Made by a program: the position numbers and the translations under genes. Positions 59,961-64,000 of a stretch of 64,000 nt of DNA are shown here, piece after piece; within the stretch, counting starts at the first letter, position 1, and every line of letters begins with the position of its first letter. Below the pieces are notes generated by a model. The model made no database searches. It was not told the DNA's origin and saw nothing but the letters and a program-made list of their open reading frames with translations. Location: assembly GCA_048571215.1 (NCBI GenBank), contig CP182352.1, forward strand, positions 768,001 through 832,000. The letters run 5' to 3'. This stretch comes from Halarcobacter sp. GTDB taxonomy: Bacteria; Campylobacterota; Campylobacteria; Campylobacterales; Arcobacteraceae.

Positions 59961-60739
59961 TATCTAAAAGTTGTCCCACCATCAACAATAAGTGTATGAC
60001 CTGTAATCCAAGAGGCATCTTTAGTACAAAGAAAATAACAAGATTGTGCTAGGTCTTGAGGTTGTCCAATTCTATTTAATGCAGAAAGTTCAGCTGTTTT
60101 AGCTTTAACCTCTTCATAGTTTGTAAATGCCTTAAGTGCATCTGTATCAATTGGTCCACCTGAAACTGCATTTACTCTAATACCCATTGCTCCAAGTTCA
60201 GTTGAAGCATATCTAACCATAGCCTCAACTGCTGCTTTATTTGTACCATGACCTGCATAGTTTTCAATATATACTAAGTTTCCTGTAGAACTTAAACTTA
60301 CAATTGCTCCACCACCAACTTTTTCCATTCTTTTTGCAGCTTGTTGTGAACCACATACAAATGCATTTACAGTAGCAGTATAGATATTGTTTAATCCTCT
60401 TGGTTTTAGTTTCATAAATTTTCCATAACCACCAACAACAGCTCTTCCATAAATCATAGCATTTGAGATAAAGAAATCAACTCTGTCAAAATCTTTATCT
60501 ATTTCTAAAAAAAGCTCTTTATATTGTTCTGGTTCTAAGATATTAAAAGGGTAACATCTACATTTTATACCAAATTTTTCTTCAACATCTTTGCAAATAT
60601 CAAGAGCAATTTGCTCATTTGAATTATATGTAAATGCTACATTTACACCATTACTTGCAAATTTATATACACACTCTTTACCTATTCCCTTAGTACCACC
60701 ACTAATTACTAATGTTTTACCCTTCATATCACTACTCAT
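59960..60739 (-). CDS. SDR oxidoreductase (FabL-like enoyl-ACP reductase / 7-alpha-HSDH-like)
   Basis: SGGTKGIG, YAGHGTNK, VNAVSGGPIDT. Confidence 0.88.
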   Translation of the reverse strand: MSSDMKGKTLVISGGTKGIGKECVYKFASNGVNVAFTYNSNEQIALDICKDVEEKFGIKCRCYPFNILEPEQYKELFLEIDKDFDRVDFFISNAMIYGRAVVGGYGKFMKLKPRGLNNIYTATVNAFVCGSQQAAKRMEKVGGGAIVSLSSTGNLVYIENYAGHGTNKAAVEAMVRYASTELGAMGIRVNAVSGGPIDTDALKAFTNYEEVKAKTAELSALNRIGQPQDLAQSCYFLCTKDASWITGHTLIVDGGTTFR

Positions 60740-61626
60740 TATTTTATTACCTCATAATTTTTTAATACATCTTCAAGTTTTTTCATTGTTTTTGCACTAG
60801 GTGCAGTTAATGGAAGTCTATACTCTAAAGTATCCAATAATCCTGCAATATACATTGCTGCTTTAATAGGAATAGGATTTGCTTCAACAAATAGAGTTTT
60901 ATTTAATGCGTATAAATCATTGTTAATAGCTCTAGCAGTATCATAATCTCCATCAAAAACTGAGTGAACAATCTTACTTTTGTAGTTTGGTAATAGATTT
61001 GATGTTACTGATATAATACCTTTTGCACCACTTGCAAGCATTGGAAAATCTATTGCATCATCACCTGAAACTACACAAAGTTCAGGTCTTCTTGATAAAA
61101 GTTCAACAGCTCTTTCTAAACTTCCAGTTGCTTCTTTGATAGCATAGATATTTTTTACATCATCAAATAATCTAATAGCAGTATCTGCTTTTATATCTAC
61201 ACCTGTTCTTCCTGGTACATTATAAACCATAAAAGGAATTTCAACAGACTCGGCAATTGCTTTATAGTGTTGATAAAGTCCCTCTTGTGTTGGTTTGTTA
61301 TAATATGGAGCAACAGATAGTAATCCATCTGCACCTACAGATTGTGCATGTTTAGCTATATCGCAAGCTTCATGTGTAGCATTAGAACCAGCACCAGCAA
61401 TAACTTTTACATCTGTTCCTTTACATGTTGCAACTGCAATCTCTATACACTCTTTATGCTCTGCATGACTTAGCGTAGCACTTTCACCTGTAGTTCCCAC
61501 AGGAACAACAGCATTCATCCCTTGGGCAATTTGTCTTTTTATCAGTTCTTCATATTTGTTTGTATCAACTTTTCCATTTTTGAATGGGGTAATAAGTGCA
61601 GTCATCGCACCGGTAATAATTTCCAT
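60739..61626 (-). CDS. dapA: 4-hydroxy-tetrahydrodipicolinate synthase
   Basis: GTTGES, YNVPGRTG, IKEA. Confidence 0.98.
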   Translation of the reverse strand: MEIITGAMTALITPFKNGKVDTNKYEELIKRQIAQGMNAVVPVGTTGESATLSHAEHKECIEIAVATCKGTDVKVIAGAGSNATHEACDIAKHAQSVGADGLLSVAPYYNKPTQEGLYQHYKAIAESVEIPFMVYNVPGRTGVDIKADTAIRLFDDVKNIYAIKEATGSLERAVELLSRRPELCVVSGDDAIDFPMLASGAKGIISVTSNLLPNYKSKIVHSVFDGDYDTARAINNDLYALNKTLFVEANPIPIKAAMYIAGLLDTLEYRLPLTAPSAKTMKKLEDVLKNYEVIK

Positions 61627-61635
61627 ATACTTCCT

Positions 61636-62103
61636 TTATATTTTTACATTTTCTTCTGGTAGTTTTAAACCAGTATCTACATTAACTGTATGTTTAGAGA
61701 AACTCTCTAAATAGCTCCAAAAACTTTCTTTAGCTTCATCTGAAATCTCTGTTTTTTTTAAAACTTCTTCCATACAACCAAGCCACTCTGTTCTTGCTTT
61801 TTCAGTGATAGAAAAAGGTTCGTGCGCTTTTATCATATCAAAGTGTCCTACTGTTTGGCTGTAGTATTTGGGACCACCACAAGCTTCAATAAAAAACTTA
61901 ACATTATGAGATTTTACTTTTGCTAACTCTTCCTCTTCTTGGGGAAAAAAGTTTGATATATCACTATCAACTAAGAGATCATAAAACTCATTAAATAGTT
62001 TAACTAAGCCTTTTTCACCTAATTCTTCATAAAAAAGTGGCTTGGGAAGTTCAAAATCAGGTTTTTCTCCAAATTTTGTTTTACTTACCTTATACTGCAT
62101 CAT
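61636..62103 (-). CDS. Truncated haemoglobin (2/2 globin)
   Basis: LG..G...L...FY, GGP..Y, proximal H (AHEPF), WL..M. Confidence 0.82.
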   Translation of the reverse strand: MMQYKVSKTKFGEKPDFELPKPLFYEELGEKGLVKLFNEFYDLLVDSDISNFFPQEEEELAKVKSHNVKFFIEACGGPKYYSQTVGHFDMIKAHEPFSITEKARTEWLGCMEEVLKKTEISDEAKESFWSYLESFSKHTVNVDTGLKLPEENVKI

Positions 62104-63419
62104 TACTTTTCTTCCTTTTTTAGTATTAATGTAGTTGAATTTTTCTTCGTTAAATATCTCTTTGCTACATTAATAATATCATCTTTTTTTAGTTTTTGAA
62201 CACTATTTTCATACTCAAGTAAAGGTTCAATATTACCTCTTACAAAATAACTTCCATATAAAGAAGCTACTGAACTTGAACTCTCTAATGAGAATACAAA
62301 ATCAGCTTTTGTATTTAGTTTTATCTTTTCTATCTCTTCTTTTTTTATTTTACCAGCTTTTATATCTTCAACTATTTTCAAAATCTCTTTTTTTACATCT
62401 TTTGCATCTACATTTTCATTACAAACAGCCATAAATATGAAAACACCTGGGTCTTTTAGTTCCATATTGTATGCATAAATAGAGTTTACTAATCTTTTTT
62501 TATCAACTAACTCTTTTTGTAAATATGAACTTTTACCAGAACTTAGTAGTTCACTAAGAGCTGATAGGGCAACTTGATCTTTATGCTCATAATTTGGAAT
62601 ATGATAAGCAATTGCAATCATTTGTACTTGTGTATCTTTATAAACTACAATATTTTTTTCACCATCTTGTTTTGGCTCTATAGTATGAAGTTTATTTATT
62701 ATCTCTTTTTTATTCTCTATTTTATCAAAATATTTTTTTGTTGATTCAAAAACTTGCTCTTTTTTAATATCTCCTGCAACTACAACTATTGCATTTTTTG
62801 GTTGATAATAAGTTGAGTGAAAATCTCTAATATCTTCTATTGTCCAGCTTTTAATATCATCCATAAAACCAATAGGTGTCCAGTGGTATGGGTGGTAAAT
62901 ATAGGTATTATTAAAAAGTCTATATTGTAAATAACCCATTGGGTTATTGTCTGTTCTCCAACGTCTTTCTTCAGCAACAACATCTCTTTCTGGTTGAAAC
63001 TCTTCATCTTTTAGTTTTAAATTCTTCATTAGTTCTGCAAAGAGTTCTAAAGATTTGTCTAAGTTTTTAGAGCTTGATTTTATATAATATTTTGTATAGT
63101 CAAAAGAAGTTGAAGCATTGTTTACTCCACCAAAACCTTTAACTATCTCATCAAACTCTCCTGCTTTTAGGTTTTTTGTTGATTTGAAGTTTAGATGCTC
63201 TAACATATGGGCAATACCAGATTTTCCCATTATTTCATTTCTACTTCCAACATTATAAAAAATATTAGTTGATACTACATTTGAACCGTTGTCCATAGGT
63301 ATTGCAACAATTTGCAATCCATTATCTAAAGTTTGCGTATAATATTTTGGTAAACTCTGACTCATTAAATCTCCCGCTAATAAAATGAAAAATGAAAAAT
63401 GAAAAATGAAAAATTTCAT
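62103..63419 (-). CDS. M16 family zinc peptidase
   Basis: HxxEH (HMLEH), NAST; start at 63419 (signal-like) or 63365. Confidence 0.93.
   Translation of the reverse strand: MKFFIFHFSFFILLAGDLMSQSLPKYYTQTLDNGLQIVAIPMDNGSNVVSTNIFYNVGSRNEIMGKSGIAHMLEHLNFKSTKNLKAGEFDEIVKGFGGVNNASTSFDYTKYYIKSSSKNLDKSLELFAELMKNLKLKDEEFQPERDVVAEERRWRTDNNPMGYLQYRLFNNTYIYHPYHWTPIGFMDDIKSWTIEDIRDFHSTYYQPKNAIVVVAGDIKKEQVFESTKKYFDKIENKKEIINKLHTIEPKQDGEKNIVVYKDTQVQMIAIAYHIPNYEHKDQVALSALSELLSSGKSSYLQKELVDKKRLVNSIYAYNMELKDPGVFIFMAVCNENVDAKDVKKEILKIVEDIKAGKIKKEEIEKIKLNTKADFVFSLESSSSVASLYGSYFVRGNIEPLLEYENSVQKLKKDDIINVAKRYLTKKNSTTLILKKEEK
63386..63413. repeat. Heptanucleotide tandem repeat (TGAAAAA)x4
   Basis: Read directly; lies in the N-terminal extension of the M16 gene. 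Confidence 0.85.
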
Positions 63420-63460
63420 TTTATTTATATCTTTTCTATAATTCATATTGTAATTCTTTT

Positions 63461-64000
63461 TTATTTTAAATCTGAACCTATTACTTCTAAGATGTTATTA
63501 TATCCATCTTCTTTCATAAGTTCTAATATACCTTCATTGATTTTTCTAACCATAGAAGGACCTTCAAATATCATTCCCGAATAAACTTGCACAAGGGATG
63601 CTCCAGCTTTAAGCCTTTTGTATGCTTCTTTCGCATCTAAAATACCACCAACAGAGATTAAAGTTGTTTTTCCATAAAGCTCTTTTGCTATTTGTTTAAA
63701 TAGTTCATAAGATTTATTTGTCAAACAAGCTCCACTTAAACCACCAAAATCTTGACAGTTTTCAACAAGTGAATAATCAATTGTTGTATTTGTTGCAATT
63801 ATTCCAGCTGCTCCTGCATTAACTGCTGTATTACAAAGTTCTATTGCCACATCAACTTCCATATCAGGAGCTATTTTTAGAAAAATTGGTTTAGACGTTA
63901 ACTCTTTTGCCATAGTAAAAAGTTCAGTAATAAACTTTTCATTTTGCAAATCTCTTAAATTAGGTGTATTTGGACTTGAGATATTTATAACTAAATAATC
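63461..64000 (-). CDS. pyrD: Quinone-dependent dihydroorotate dehydrogenase (5' part outside window)
   Basis: NISSPNTP at window edge, KIAPD, NTT, GGLSG, GASLVQVYS. Confidence 0.96.
   Translation of the reverse strand, partial: DYLVINISSPNTPNLRDLQNEKFITELFTMAKELTSKPIFLKIAPDMEVDVAIELCNTAVNAGAAGIIATNTTIDYSLVENCQDFGGLSGACLTNKSYELFKQIAKELYGKTTLISVGGILDAKEAYKRLKAGASLVQVYSGMIFEGPSMVRKINEGILELMKEDGYNNILEVIGSDLK

Noticed and set aside
1539..63584. Short antisense or nested ORFs in the track (e.g. 1539-1754, 24027-24332, 30386-30706, 50185-50544, 56527-56883)
   Set aside because: They shadow well-supported genes and show no motifs
1..64000. tRNA or rRNA genes
   Set aside because: No GC-rich cloverleaf or rRNA-like stretch recognised; not verified computationally

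Overview
AT-rich Campylobacterota chromosome segment; gene content and order (oorDABC, pldA, rpe-trpF-exonuclease, pyrD-M16 peptidase-dapA-SDR-pgsA-rseP-yggS) suggest Arcobacteraceae. Most of it is housekeeping, transport and signalling genes, with two notable accessory regions. (1) At 107-5025 is a lasso-peptide-type RiPP cluster. It has a 57-aa precursor missing from the ORF track (107-280, YxxP...G...T leader, ends in DYS) coupled to a PqqD/RRE gene. Divergent from these lie a Cys-less asparagine-synthetase-like cyclase, an HPr-kinase-like kinase, a PAPS sulfotransferase and a U32-like Cys-motif protein. (2) At about 37.9-44.4 kb is an array of orphan polymorphic-toxin tip/immunity cassettes. 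They share a GGKFANGAVTGAFVHLFN block and are punctuated by a same-strand GGGG(T/A)CA-core motif family, with no parent toxin or recombinase in the window. Also present: two IS256 copies with 8-bp target duplications (one inserted exactly before the flavodoxin stop codon), a TAXI-pseudo-LapG fusion, a bacterial voltage-gated channel with a TFEDWTD filter, and two genes with candidate dual starts. All family calls come from motif recognition by eye; no searches were run.
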